Shown: one piece after another, positions 26,614 to 36,650 of the stretch
Numbering within the stretch: the stretch's first letter is position 1
Layout: each line of letters begins with the position of its first letter
Notes under the pieces: generated by a model
Seen by the model: the letters and a program-made list of their open reading frames with translations, nothing else
What the model was told of the DNA's origin: nothing
Database searches by the model: none
Made by a program: the position numbers and the translations under genes
Origin: an uncultured Bacilli bacterium
GTDB lineage: Bacteria; Bacillota_I; Bacilli_A; RF39; UBA660
Direction of reading: 5' to 3'
Length of the DNA stretch: 64,000 nucleotides
NCBI GenBank assembly: GCA_934097015.1
Contig: CAKONF010000001.1
Location: 613 to 64,612 of the forward strand

Positions 26614-28477
26614 TTTTACTATATTCCTTTTTTAAATATATTGCTAGTATAGATAAATCAGCAGGGTTTACACCACTAATACGTGATGCTTGTGCTAGTG
26701 TTTCTGGAGCAACACTAATTAATTTTTGTTTTGCTTCGCTAGCTAGATTAGTTATTTTGTTATAGTCAATATCTTTTGGTATTTGTTTTGATTCTAATTT
26801 TAGAAGTTTTTCTACTTCTTTTAGTTCTTTGTTGATATAACCTTCATATTTTATTAATATTTGTGCTTGATTATATACTTCTTTATCATATTTATTTTCT
26901 AATATATTTTCTTTAAGTAATAAATCTAATGTGATTTCTGGACGTTTTAGGAACGTATAAAGATTTGTACCATTTTCTAATTTATCTGTTCCCATTTGTT
27001 TTAATATATTTTGAGTTATATTTTTATTAGATATTTTAGTTTCTTTTAGTTCATTTATTAATTTGTCAATATTATTTTCTTTTTCTATAAGTTTGTTGTA
27101 TTTTTCTTCACTAATAAGTCCTGCTTCATAGCCATATTTGCGTAATCTTATATCAGCATTATCATGTCTTAAAAGTAATCTAAATTCTGCACGACTTGTT
27201 AACATTCTGTATGGTTCTTTTGTACCTTTTGTCACTAAATCGTCAATTAATACTCCTATATATGATTCATTTCTTTTTAAAATTAAAGGCTCTTTATTTT
27301 GAATTTTTTTCACTGCATTAATTCCTGCTATGATTCCTTGTCCTGCTGCTTCTTCATATCCACTTGTTCCGTTTATTTGACCTGCTGTAAATAAATTATT
27401 TATTACTTTTGTTTCAAGTGATGGTTTTAGTTGTAAAGGATTTATTGCATCATATTCTATTGCATAAGCATATTTTAATATTTTAGCATTTTCTAATCCT
27501 TTTAAGCTATGTACCATTTTTTCTTGGACGTCTGTTGGCATAGATGTTGAGAAACCTTGTAAATATAAATCGTCATAATATAGGCTTTCTGGTTCTAAGA
27601 ATAATTGGTGCCTTTCTTTGTCTGCAAATCTTACTATTTTATCTTCAATGCTAGGACAATATCTAGGTCCTATTCCTTCTGCGTATCCACCATACATTGC
27701 ACTTCTTGATAAATTTTCCTTTATTATATTATGCGTATTTTCATTAGTGTAAACTAAATAACATTTTTCTTGTTTATCTTTGTCATAATATATTTCATTT
27801 TCTGAATTAAAAGTCCAGTATTCATCATCGCCAGTTTCTTCTTTTAAAACACTGAAATCTACACTGTTTTTATCTATTCTTTGTGGAGTACCTGTTTTAA
27901 GTCTTAATATATCAAATCCTAATTCTTTTAATTTAGTACTTAAAAATTTTGACCTTCTTTCTCCATGAGGACCTTCTAATTTGTTTGTATCACCTACTAA
28001 TATTTTACTTCTTAAATATGTTCCTGTTGTTAATACTAAAGATTTACAAAAATATTTTGTTCCGTCTTCCAATATTATTCCTTTTATCGTGTTATTATCA
28101 GTTATTAAATCTTCTACCATACCTTCTATAATTGTTAAATTTTTTGTATTTTTTAAGGCTTTTAACATATTTTTTGGATATGTAATTTTATCTGCTTGTG
28201 CTCTTAAAGATCTAACTGCAGGTCCTTTACCATTATTTAACATTTTTATTTGTATGTGACTTTTATCTGCAACTATTCCCATTAATCCGCCTAATGCGTC
28301 AATATCTCTAACAATTATTCCTTTTGCGGTACCACCGATTGATGGATTACATGGCATATCTCCAATATTTTTTATATTTGAAGTAATAAGAGCAGTTTTT
28401 GCACCCATTTTTGCTGCAGCATGACTTGCTTCGCAACCTGCATGTCCTCCTCCTACTACAATTACATCATAATTCAT
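26606..28477 (-). CDS. mnmG: tRNA uridine 5-carboxymethylaminomethyl modification enzyme MnmG
   Basis: YDVIVVGGGHAGCEA FAD motif. The GidA family sequence runs throughout the 623 aa. Confidence 0.95.
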   Translation of the reverse strand: MNYDVIVVGGGHAGCEASHAAAKMGAKTALITSNIKNIGDMPCNPSIGGTAKGIIVRDIDALGGLMGIVADKSHIQIKMLNNGKGPAVRSLRAQADKITYPKNMLKALKNTKNLTIIEGMVEDLITDNNTIKGIILEDGTKYFCKSLVLTTGTYLRSKILVGDTNKLEGPHGERRSKFLSTKLKELGFDILRLKTGTPQRIDKNSVDFSVLKEETGDDEYWTFNSENEIYYDKDKQEKCYLVYTNENTHNIIKENLSRSAMYGGYAEGIGPRYCPSIEDKIVRFADKERHQLFLEPESLYYDDLYLQGFSTSMPTDVQEKMVHSLKGLENAKILKYAYAIEYDAINPLQLKPSLETKVINNLFTAGQINGTSGYEEAAGQGIIAGINAVKKIQNKEPLILKRNESYIGVLIDDLVTKGTKEPYRMLTSRAEFRLLLRHDNADIRLRKYGYEAGLISEEKYNKLIEKENNIDKLINELKETKISNKNITQNILKQMGTDKLENGTNLYTFLKRPEITLDLLLKENILENKYDKEVYNQAQILIKYEGYINKELKEVEKLLKLESKQIPKDIDYNKITNLASEAKQKLISVAPETLAQASRISGVNPADLSILAIYLKKEYSKNE

Positions 28478-28486
28478 ACTTTACAC

Positions 28487-29842
28487 TCACTTTCCTAAAC
28501 AGAAATTACTGAATATTTCGTCTAATAATTCATCTTTGTAAGTACTTCCTATTATTTCACCTAATAGGTCAAAACATTCTTTTATGTCAATAGCAAGTAA
28601 ATCTATTTCTATATTGTTTTCTATACTATTTAATGTATTATCAAGTACATCAATTGATTTTTTTACTAAAGATATTTGTCTTGAATTTGATAAATAATTT
28701 AAATTAGATGATTCTAATTCACCTAAATTAAATAATTCTCTTATTTTGTTTTTTAAATCATTTAGATTTTTATATTCTTTTGTATTTCCATATACTATGT
28801 TATTTGTTTTTATTTTACTTTCATCTAATTTTTTTTCTAAATCATTTTTATTTATGTAAACAATTAGTTTTTTATTTTTTAATTCATTTATTAAATCTAA
28901 TTCTTCTTTTGTAATTTCTTCATTATAATTTAATACTAAAATTATTAAATCAGATGAGTTTATAATCTCTTTACTTTTGTTTACACCTATTTGTTCTACT
29001 ATATCATTTGTTTCACGAAGTCCAGCTGTATCTATTAAATTTAAAATAATTCCATCTAATATTATTTTTCCTTCAACTATATCACGTGTTGTTCCTGCAA
29101 TGTTTGTGACAATTGCTTTTTCTTCTTCTAATAATGTATTTAGTAAACTACTTTTTCCTACGTTTGGTTTACCTACAATTGCAACGTCAATACCATTTTT
29201 TATAAGTTTACTATTTTGAGATTCTTTAAGTAAATTTTCTAATTCTTTTTTTATTGTTATAATTTTCGGTTTGATTAATTCATTTGTTAGTACAATTGCA
29301 TCTTCGTATTCTGGATAATCTATATTAACTTCTATATTTGCACTAATACTAACTAATTCTTTTCTTATTGAATTTACTAAATTAGTTATATTTCCTGTGA
29401 CACCATTTAATGATAATTTCATACTTTTTTCTGTCTCTGAATTAATTAAATCTCCTACTGATTCTGCTTCTATTAAATCAATTCTTCCATTAAGAAATGC
29501 TCTTTTTGTAAATTCTCCTGGTTCTGCTAATCTTGCGCCATTAGTTAGTAATAGTTCTAAAACTTTATTAGTAGTACTTATTCCACCATGGCAATTTATT
29601 TCAATTATGTCTTCTGTTGTATAAGTTTTTGGTGCTAACATAACAGATACTAATACTTCATCTACTATTTCATTATTATCCATTATATATCCATAATTAA
29701 TTGTATGAGAATCTACTTTACGTAAATCTTTTCCTTTAAATATTTTATTAACAATTTCAATCGCATTTGGTCCAGAAACTCTAACAATTGATATTGCTCC
29801 TACTCCTAATGCTGTTGAAATTGCACATATTGTATCAAACAT
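28487..29842 (-). CDS. mnmE: tRNA modification GTPase MnmE
   Basis: MFDTICAISTALG N-terminus, G1 GKPNVGKSS, DTAG, and C-terminal FCLGK. Start moved to the second ATG, which has GGAGTGGTG upstream. Confidence 0.95.
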   Translation of the reverse strand: MFDTICAISTALGVGAISIVRVSGPNAIEIVNKIFKGKDLRKVDSHTINYGYIMDNNEIVDEVLVSVMLAPKTYTTEDIIEINCHGGISTTNKVLELLLTNGARLAEPGEFTKRAFLNGRIDLIEAESVGDLINSETEKSMKLSLNGVTGNITNLVNSIRKELVSISANIEVNIDYPEYEDAIVLTNELIKPKIITIKKELENLLKESQNSKLIKNGIDVAIVGKPNVGKSSLLNTLLEEEKAIVTNIAGTTRDIVEGKIILDGIILNLIDTAGLRETNDIVEQIGVNKSKEIINSSDLIILVLNYNEEITKEELDLINELKNKKLIVYINKNDLEKKLDESKIKTNNIVYGNTKEYKNLNDLKNKIRELFNLGELESSNLNYLSNSRQISLVKKSIDVLDNTLNSIENNIEIDLLAIDIKECFDLLGEIIGSTYKDELLDEIFSNFCLGK

Positions 29843-29874
29843 AGTACACCACTCCATAATGTATTATAACACAA

Positions 29875-29898
29875 AAATTATTTCCCGGGAAATAATTT
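29875..29898. other. Perfect Noc-binding-site palindrome (also the jag terminator hairpin)
   Basis: AAATTATTTCCCGGGAAATAATTT. The core TATTTCCCGGGAAATA (29879-29894) equals the published B. subtilis NBS palindrome ATTTCCCGGGAAAT with matching flanks. Confidence 0.7.
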
Positions 29899-29922
29899 TA
29901 CATAAAATAAAAACTATCAAAT

Positions 29923-30549
29923 TTAATTGACAGTTTCTTTACTTTCTACGTATTTAATTACAACATGTCTATTTGGTTCTTCACCTTCACTTATTGTTGA
30001 CACTTTTTTATTATTACTTAATATATTATGAACTATTCTTCTTTCATAAGAATTCATATTTTCTAACTTTACGTCAACTTTTGTTGTTGCAACTTCACGA
30101 GCAATTCTTTTTGCAAGTCTTTCTAAATTCTTTTCTTGTTTTTCTTTATAGTTTTCTACGTCTAAAATTATATGTGGATATATTTTAAAATTATTACTTA
30201 ACATTTGTTTTACTATGTATGTTAATGATGACAATGTTCTTCCATCCTTACCAATTAATATACTATTATTATCACTATACATTTTTATTATTATTTGTTC
30301 ATCTCTTATTTTAGATTCAAATGTGACATCAATACCCATTAAATCAGTAAAATTTTTTAAATAGTCTTTTACATAATTTTGTATAGCGTCAAGTGTGTAA
30401 ACTTTAATTTTATAACTTGATTTTTTTAATAAACTACCTTTTATTTCTTCTTTTGTTATTATTACTTCTGTTTTTTCTTTGTTAAGTTCTTGTAAACTAT
30501 TTTCAATTAACTCTTCTAAATTTTTTCCTTCAAACTCTTTTACTTCCAT
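29923..30549 (-). CDS. jag: Jag/KhpB RNA-binding protein (Jag_N, KH, R3H)
   Basis: Position after yidC, KH-like GKDGRTLSSL, and R3H motif SYERRIVHNIL. Confidence 0.85.
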   Translation of the reverse strand: MEVKEFEGKNLEELIENSLQELNKEKTEVIITKEEIKGSLLKKSSYKIKVYTLDAIQNYVKDYLKNFTDLMGIDVTFESKIRDEQIIIKMYSDNNSILIGKDGRTLSSLTYIVKQMLSNNFKIYPHIILDVENYKEKQEKNLERLAKRIAREVATTKVDVKLENMNSYERRIVHNILSNNKKVSTISEGEEPNRHVVIKYVESKETVN

Positions 30550-30555
30550 AATTCA

Positions 30556-31494
30556 TTATCTCCTTTTTTTTACAATTAATGATTGTATTACACTAAATCC
30601 ATTTGTGACTACCCAATAAAGTGCTATTGCTGTTGGTAAACTAAATGATGCTATTGAGATAAATATTAACATAAATGTTGTCATAAATTGCATTTGTTTT
30701 TGTTGTTCAGAACTTCCTGTTGTTGCCATACTGAATTTAAATGACAAGAATGTTGTTAGAATTATTAATCCTATTAGTACTAAATATAAATAATTACCTG
30801 ATTTAATTCCAACTAATGGTGTTGTTCCTAATTGTAAACTCCATAAGTTTTCTTCAAATATAGCTGGTACCCTGTTTATTGCTTCTAAGAATGCAAAGAA
30901 TAATGGTAATTGTATAAATGACACTAGACATCCACTTACTGGATTAATATCATATTTCTTATAAATTAACATAGTTTCTTGACTTTTTTGCATCATTGAA
31001 TCTGAATCAGTTTTATCTTTATATTTCTTTTCAAGTTTTTCAAGTTCTGGTTGAGCTTTTTTCATATTTTCAGATTGTTTAGCAGTTTTAAGTGATAATG
31101 GTAATAAAATTATTCTTAGTGCTAATCCAATTAACATTACTGATATACCATAATTTTTTACTAAAAGTCCTAATTTTATGATTAACCACGCAATTGGCAT
31201 TACAAATAATTGTACCCATAAACCATTGTAAGTTTTTTTATTATAAATTTTTAATTTCTCACAACTTGGTAAATCTTTTAATTTAACTTCCATATTTTTT
31301 TCATACTTTTCATAAATTGCTGTTAATTCTTTTTCCTCTGGCTTACAAAGTATATTTGAAGTTAAACTTTGACCTGTCTTTTCATTTGTTATTCTTTTTT
31401 TATCATTATCTGATAAGTACTTTGTACATCCTGTTGTTAGTGTTAATGCTAACATTATTATAAGTATTAATTTTTTTCCTGTGTTTTTTTTCAT
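30556..31494 (-). CDS. yidC: Membrane protein insertase YidC/SpoIIIJ (lipoprotein type)
   Basis: Lipobox LTTGC, five TM segments, and position after rnpA. Confidence 0.9.
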   Translation of the reverse strand: MKKNTGKKLILIIMLALTLTTGCTKYLSDNDKKRITNEKTGQSLTSNILCKPEEKELTAIYEKYEKNMEVKLKDLPSCEKLKIYNKKTYNGLWVQLFVMPIAWLIIKLGLLVKNYGISVMLIGLALRIILLPLSLKTAKQSENMKKAQPELEKLEKKYKDKTDSDSMMQKSQETMLIYKKYDINPVSGCLVSFIQLPLFFAFLEAINRVPAIFEENLWSLQLGTTPLVGIKSGNYLYLVLIGLIILTTFLSFKFSMATTGSSEQQKQMQFMTTFMLIFISIASFSLPTAIALYWVVTNGFSVIQSLIVKKRR

Positions 31495-31817
31495 ATATTC
31501 TCCTTTATCTTTCTTTCTAGGTTGTTAAGTCTTTCCTCAAATGGAGTTTCTAAACACCCTTTCCTTATCATTATAATATAATCTGTGTTATTTTTAAATA
31601 AAGATTTTAATTTATCTATAATTTCTCTTGTTTGTCTTTTTAATTTATTTCTTGTGACTGCATTTCCAATCTTATTACTTATAGCAAGTCCAAATCTTAT
31701 TTTTTCTAAATTGTTTTCCTTATAATATATAACATAGTCTTTTGTTTTAATAAATTTTCCATTTTTTATAAGAGTTGTAAAATCTTTTTTTGATTTAATC
31801 ATTTCTCTTTTTTTCAT
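31491..31817 (-). CDS. rnpA: Ribonuclease P protein component
   Basis: 108 aa basic protein with NAVTRNKLKRQTRE. It lies between rpmH and yidC. Confidence 0.9.
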   Translation of the reverse strand: MKKREMIKSKKDFTTLIKNGKFIKTKDYVIYYKENNLEKIRFGLAISNKIGNAVTRNKLKRQTREIIDKLKSLFKNNTDYIIMIRKGCLETPFEERLNNLERKIKENI

Positions 31818-31861
31818 TTAATCACATCCTTATAGATAAAAAACCACAATAAAATTGCGGT

Positions 31862-31984
31862 TTATTTACATAATACTTTGCGTCCCTTTTTTCTTCTTGA
31901 TTTTAAAATATTCGTTTCTTTACGTGCAAAAAAGCCATGTTTTTTACTTTTTTTACGATTATTTGGTTGAAAAGTTCTTTTCAT
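31862..31984 (-). CDS. rpmH: 50S ribosomal protein L34 (unlisted, 40 aa)
   Basis: Hand translation [40 protein letters not shown] has the canonical MKRTFQP..HGF..R start. It is about 4 residues shorter than B. subtilis L34. Confidence 0.85.
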   Translation of the reverse strand: MKRTFQPNNRKKSKKHGFFARKETNILKSRRKKGRKVLCK

Positions 31985-32039
31985 AATTGCACCTCCACCT
32001 CTTTAAGCTTTTTTTATTTTAGTATATTTTTATATAGAA

Positions 32040-32292
32040 GTCAATTAAAAATTAAAAATTTCTTAAAAATAGTTTTCAACGTGGATTTGTTAATATCTTT
32101 TTTTGTTGTTAATATCATTTTGTGGAAATTGTGGATAAATAGCTTTTTATTAGATTTTATCTAAGTTTCTTTGTTGATAAAATGTTTAAAAGATGTTGAA
32201 AATGCAAAAAATTAAAATTCGTGCTTTCTTTTTCAACAAAAGTGTTTTAAAATAATGTTAGTTAACAAAAATAATCTTGAAAGCGGGGTGTT
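32040..32292. other. oriC DnaA-box cluster upstream of dnaA
   Basis: Tandem TGTGGAAAT (32121-32129) and TGTGGATAA (32130-32138, the exact complement of TTATCCACA). CGTGGATTT at about 32080. Several relaxed TTTTCAAC/GTTGAAAA-type boxes. The region sits at the strand-bias switch between rpmH and dnaA. Confidence 0.7.
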
Positions 32293-32295
32293 TTG

Positions 32296-33639
32296 ATGGA
32301 TAATTTGTCTTGGGATTTATTTCTAAGTAATATTAAATCTAAATTATCTTCTGTTTCATATAATACTTGGTTTAAAGAAACTAAATTATATAAACAATCA
32401 GATGATTCTATTACAATTATGGTACCTATGAGTTTTTATAAAGATTATTTAAATAAACATTATTATGATTTAATAGATAATATAATTACTAGTATTACTG
32501 GAAAGAGTTATGACATTAATTTTATATCTGAAGATGATACTATTAATGACTCAATTGTTCAAGAGGATAATAAAAGTATTAAAAAAGATAGTTCTTTTCA
32601 ATCTAATTTGAATCCTAATTATACTTTTGATACATTTGTAATAGGAGATTCTAATAGATTTGCACAAACTGCTGCTGTTGCTGTTGCAGAACAGCCTGGT
32701 AAAGTTTATAATCCTTTATTTATTCATGGTAAAAGTGGACTTGGAAAAACTCACTTAATGCATGCAATAGGCAATTACATTATGGAAACAACGGATAAAA
32801 AAGTTTTATATGTGACAAGTGAAAAGTTTATTTCTGATTTTATTGATATCAACAGGAAAGATGCAGATAATTATGATATAATTGAGCATTTTAAAGAAAA
32901 ATATAGAAATATAGATGTATTAATTATAGATGATATACAATTTTTAGGAGGTGCAGTTAAATCTCAACAAGAATTTTTCCATACTTTTAATAATTTGTAT
33001 GATTCTAATAAGCAGATAATAATTAGTTCTGATAGGTCACCAGATGATTTAAAAGCATTGGAGGATCGTCTTAGAACTAGATTTAGATGGGGCTTAACTG
33101 CTAATATTTTTCCACCTGATTTTGATTTAAGATGTAAAATACTAAAAGATAAAATGTCTGGTTTAGAAGGTGCAAAGCTAATAAAAAATGATGTAATAGA
33201 GTATATTGCTAACAATTGTGAAAGTGATGTTAGATATTTAGAAGGTTCTATAAGACGATTATTTGCATATGCAGCAATGTATAGTCCTAAAGAAATAAAT
33301 TTAGAATTTGCGATAGAGGCTTTAAAAGATTATATCGGTTCTAGTGTATATAGTAATAGTAATATATCAAAGATTCAGAAGGCTGTTGCTGATTATTTTG
33401 ATATAACTGTGGATAACTTAAAAAGTAAGAAACGTACTGCTAATATAAACAATGCAAGACAAATTGCTATTTACTTATGTCGTGTTATTACTGAGGAAAC
33501 AACGACTAGAATAGGGCTAGAATTTGGAAATAGAGATCATTCTACAGTACTTCATGCAATTGAAAAAGTTAGTAAAGATGTTAAAAATAATGATGAATTA
33601 AGAAGTCAATTAAATGAGATTAAGAATAAGTTAGGTTAA
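32296..33639 (+). CDS. dnaA: Chromosomal replication initiator DnaA
   Basis: GKSGLGKTHL Walker A, LIIDDIQFL, and the C-terminal DnaA signature EFGNRDHSTVLHA. Confidence 0.95.
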   Translation: MDNLSWDLFLSNIKSKLSSVSYNTWFKETKLYKQSDDSITIMVPMSFYKDYLNKHYYDLIDNIITSITGKSYDINFISEDDTINDSIVQEDNKSIKKDSSFQSNLNPNYTFDTFVIGDSNRFAQTAAVAVAEQPGKVYNPLFIHGKSGLGKTHLMHAIGNYIMETTDKKVLYVTSEKFISDFIDINRKDADNYDIIEHFKEKYRNIDVLIIDDIQFLGGAVKSQQEFFHTFNNLYDSNKQIIISSDRSPDDLKALEDRLRTRFRWGLTANIFPPDFDLRCKILKDKMSGLEGAKLIKNDVIEYIANNCESDVRYLEGSIRRLFAYAAMYSPKEINLEFAIEALKDYIGSSVYSNSNISKIQKAVADYFDITVDNLKSKKRTANINNARQIAIYLCRVITEETTTRIGLEFGNRDHSTVLHAIEKVSKDVKNNDELRSQLNEIKNKLG

Positions 33640-33765
33640 TATTGTTGAAAAGTAAAAAGTTGTTAACACCTATTAATAGCTTAAATAATGGCGATTAAGT
33701 TAGATATTAACAATTTCAACACCTATAATAATAATATGTTAATAAAAAAGAAAGAAGGAGATTTT

Positions 33766-34884
33766 ATGAAATTAACAATTAATAAAAATATTTTATTGGA
33801 AAGTTTGGTAAATGTAGTTAGAGCAATTAGTCCTAAAAATATTATTCCAATATTAAATGGTATAAAGTTTGAATTAACTAAAGAAGGATTAAATTTAATA
33901 GCAAGTGATAGTGATTTAACTATTAAGAGTTTTATTCCTAGTAGTGATATTGAATCAATAGATGAAGAGGGTACTATAATAATTCAAAGTAAGTATATTA
34001 TAGATATTATTAGAAAATTACCTAGTGATTTAATTAATATAGAAGTTGTAGATGGTTTAAAGATAAGAATTTATACAGATAATAGTCAATATAATTTAAA
34101 TTGTTTAAATACTGAAGATTATCCACAAATTGTATTAGAAGAAAGTAAAAATCCTATAACTATAAATAGTGAAATAATTAAAAATATGATTAAACAAACA
34201 ATTTTTGCTGTTTCTATACAAGAATCTAGACCATTATTAACTGGATTAAATTTAAAAATAAATGGGAATGTTATGGAAGTAGTTGCAACAGATTCTTATA
34301 GACTTGCTAAAAAAACAATAATTTTAGAAAATGAATACCCAGAAGTTGTTGAAATTACTATTCCTGGTAAGAATATTAATGAATTTGATAAAATTATAAA
34401 TGAAGAAAGTGATGTAGAATTACATTTATTTAGTAATAAAGTGTTATTTAAGTATAGAAATATTATATTTCAATCAAGTTTATTAAATGGTAATTATCCT
34501 AATACTAGTAATTTAATACCTAATAATTTTAATATTATTATTAATTCTTCATTAAATAATTACTATGCTAGTATAGATAGAGCAGCATTACTTACTCAAA
34601 GTAAAGAAAAAAATATTGTTAGAATGGAAACTAATGGTAATGTTTTAAATGTTTCTAGTTTTGCTTCTGAAATAGGTAAAGTAGAAGATAAAATTGAAAT
34701 TACAAAAAATACTGATGAAGATATAGCTATTTCATTTAGTTCTAAATATATGTTAGAGGCTTTAAGAACATTTAATGATGAAGAACTTTTAATACTTTTA
34801 AATGATGATTCTTCTCCAATAATATTAAAGTCAGTTCAAGATGAAAGTTTAATTCAATTAATTTTACCAATAAAAACATATTAA
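33766..34884 (+). CDS. dnaN: DNA polymerase III beta sliding clamp
   Basis: MKLTINKNILLESLVNVVRAIS after AAGGAG. ATDSYRLA motif. 372 aa. Confidence 0.95.
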   Translation: MKLTINKNILLESLVNVVRAISPKNIIPILNGIKFELTKEGLNLIASDSDLTIKSFIPSSDIESIDEEGTIIIQSKYIIDIIRKLPSDLINIEVVDGLKIRIYTDNSQYNLNCLNTEDYPQIVLEESKNPITINSEIIKNMIKQTIFAVSIQESRPLLTGLNLKINGNVMEVVATDSYRLAKKTIILENEYPEVVEITIPGKNINEFDKIINEESDVELHLFSNKVLFKYRNIIFQSSLLNGNYPNTSNLIPNNFNIIINSSLNNYYASIDRAALLTQSKEKNIVRMETNGNVLNVSSFASEIGKVEDKIEITKNTDEDIAISFSSKYMLEALRTFNDEELLILLNDDSSPIILKSVQDESLIQLILPIKTY

Positions 34885-34890
34885 ATTTTA

Positions 34891-34932
34891 AATATTGTTA
34901 ATAATTCGACATTTATTAACAATATTTTTTTT
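34891..34932 (+). terminator. Strong intrinsic terminator after dnaN
   Basis: 14-bp perfect stem AATATTGTTAATAA/TTATTAACAATATT, 8-nt loop, then a run of 8 T. Confidence 0.8.
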
Positions 34933-34973
34933 ATTTATTTGATATAAGAGTATTTGTCAGGGAGGTGAGGAAT

Positions 34974-35429
34974 ATGAAAGACTATGAAATCAATAAGGAA
35001 ACTTTAGCTATAATACCAATTGGTGATAAAAAATCTAAAGTTATTGAGAAGAATGGTACTTACATAATTAATTCTAGACCAAATAAAGTGATGGATACTA
35101 GTTGTAAGTATTATGGAAGTTCTTTTGAAGGTAGACAAAAAGGTACTTCTAATCTAACAGGTATTAGTTATAAAGCACCAATAATAGTACAAGAAGAAGG
35201 AAATATAATATTTTTTCCTACAACAAGTCCTAGATTGAAAAAGTGTTGTTGGGTTTCTTTAAATAATATTGATTCTTATTATTATGATTTTGAAAAAAAG
35301 ACATGTGTTATAATATTTGATAACAAATCTAAATTAGAATTTGATATGTCATATTGTGTTTTAAACAATCAAATTTTAAAGTCACATAGATTAGAATCGA
35401 TATCTAGTAAAAGAAGAGATAAAAAATAA
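34974..35429 (+). CDS. comK: ComK-family competence transcription factor homologue
   Basis: It aligns by eye with B. subtilis ComK. YEINKETLAIIP matches YEVNGATIAVLP. SKVIEKNGTYIINSRPNKVMDTSCKYYGSSFEGRQKGT matches SKIIEKDCVFYVNMKPLQIVDRSCRFFGSSYAGRKAGT. IIFFPTTSP..CCWVS matches IFLFPTLSS..CGWIS. Confidence 0.75.
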   Translation: MKDYEINKETLAIIPIGDKKSKVIEKNGTYIINSRPNKVMDTSCKYYGSSFEGRQKGTSNLTGISYKAPIIVQEEGNIIFFPTTSPRLKKCCWVSLNNIDSYYYDFEKKTCVIIFDNKSKLEFDMSYCVLNNQILKSHRLESISSKRRDKK

Positions 35430-35555
35430 TTATTATTTTGCTTTAAAATTGTTAAAAACGTTTTAAATATGTGTTTTTTATGGTATAATGTAAATAGGTA
35501 TAGGAGTATTCGCAATACCTATTTATTTATTATATTTATTAAAAGAGGGTTTAAA

Positions 35556-36650
35556 ATGGAAATAACATCTTTGAAACTTGTTAATTTTAGAAATTTTGAT
35601 AGTTTAGAATTAAACTTTTCTAATAACAAAAATATAATTATTGGAGACAATGGTGTTGGAAAGACAAATATTGTAGAAGCAATATTTGTTTTAGCCTTGA
35701 CAAAGTCATTTAGAACTAATGATGATATGTTATTAGTTAAAAATGATAAAGATTATTTTAAAATAGAAGGTGTTGTTAAATCTACTTTTGTTAATAATTA
35801 TAAAATTGTTTATCAAGATGCAATTAAAACTGTAAAAATAAATAATAATAAAATAAATAAGTTTAGTGATTATATATCTAATATTAATGTAATTTTGTTT
35901 AGTATAAATGATTTGAAGTTAATTAAAGATACTCCAAGTACTAGAAGAAAACTAATTAATTTAGAAATATCAGAATTAGATAATAATTATATTAAATATT
36001 TAAATTATTATAATAAGATATTAAAACAAAGAAATTCTTATTTAAAATCCTTATATGGAAAACAAGTTAATCATGATTATTTAGGTATAATTGATAGTCA
36101 ACTTGTTGATTATGGACTTAAGATAAGAGATATTAGAGATAAATTTGTTAATAATATTAATAATATCATTTCTTCAGTTCATGTTAAATTAGGTGGTAAT
36201 AATGATTTAAATATTTATTATAAGACTGATTATCAAGATTTTGATAAAAAATATTTATTAAATTTATATGCTAAAAATATTAATAAAGATATTAATTTAG
36301 GATCTACGCAGATAGGTATTCATAAAGATGATTTTATATTTAATATAGATGGTAATGATATTAAAAATTTTGCAAGTGAAGGTCAACAAAAGAATAGTGT
36401 AATAGCTTTTAAACTCGCTGAGTTAGAAATTTTTAAGGAAAAAACCGGTGAATATCCTATATTGATATTAGATGATTTATTTAGTGAATTAGATATAAAG
36501 AAAATAAATAAGATTTTAAATTATATTAGTGAAGATATTGAGACTTTTATTACAACTACTGATTTGAAAAAGATTAAAAAGTGTTATTTAAAGTCTAGTA
36601 AGATATTTGAATTTAAAAATGGTGAGATAAAGGAGAGATATTATGAATGA
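35556..36650 (+). CDS. recF: DNA replication and repair protein RecF
   Basis: [14 protein letters not shown], Walker [10 protein letters not shown], signature SEGQQK, and Walker [13 protein letters not shown]. Confidence 0.9.
   Translation: MEITSLKLVNFRNFDSLELNFSNNKNIIIGDNGVGKTNIVEAIFVLALTKSFRTNDDMLLVKNDKDYFKIEGVVKSTFVNNYKIVYQDAIKTVKINNNKINKFSDYISNINVILFSINDLKLIKDTPSTRRKLINLEISELDNNYIKYLNYYNKILKQRNSYLKSLYGKQVNHDYLGIIDSQLVDYGLKIRDIRDKFVNNINNIISSVHVKLGGNNDLNIYYKTDYQDFDKKYLLNLYAKNINKDINLGSTQIGIHKDDFIFNIDGNDIKNFASEGQQKNSVIAFKLAELEIFKEKTGEYPILILDDLFSELDIKKINKILNYISEDIETFITTTDLKKIKKCYLKSSKIFEFKNGEIKERYYE

Noticed and set aside
31937-32164. 75-aa ORF between rpmH and dnaA
   Set aside because: It overlaps rpmH antisense and the DnaA-box region of oriC. 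It has no RBS and reads as low-complexity Phe/Ile/Leu.
35440-35470. AAAAACGTTTT near the comK 3' end as a ComK K-box
   Set aside because: The spacing between the A- and T-tracts does not fit AAAA-N5-TTTT, and such strings are common in this AT-rich DNA.
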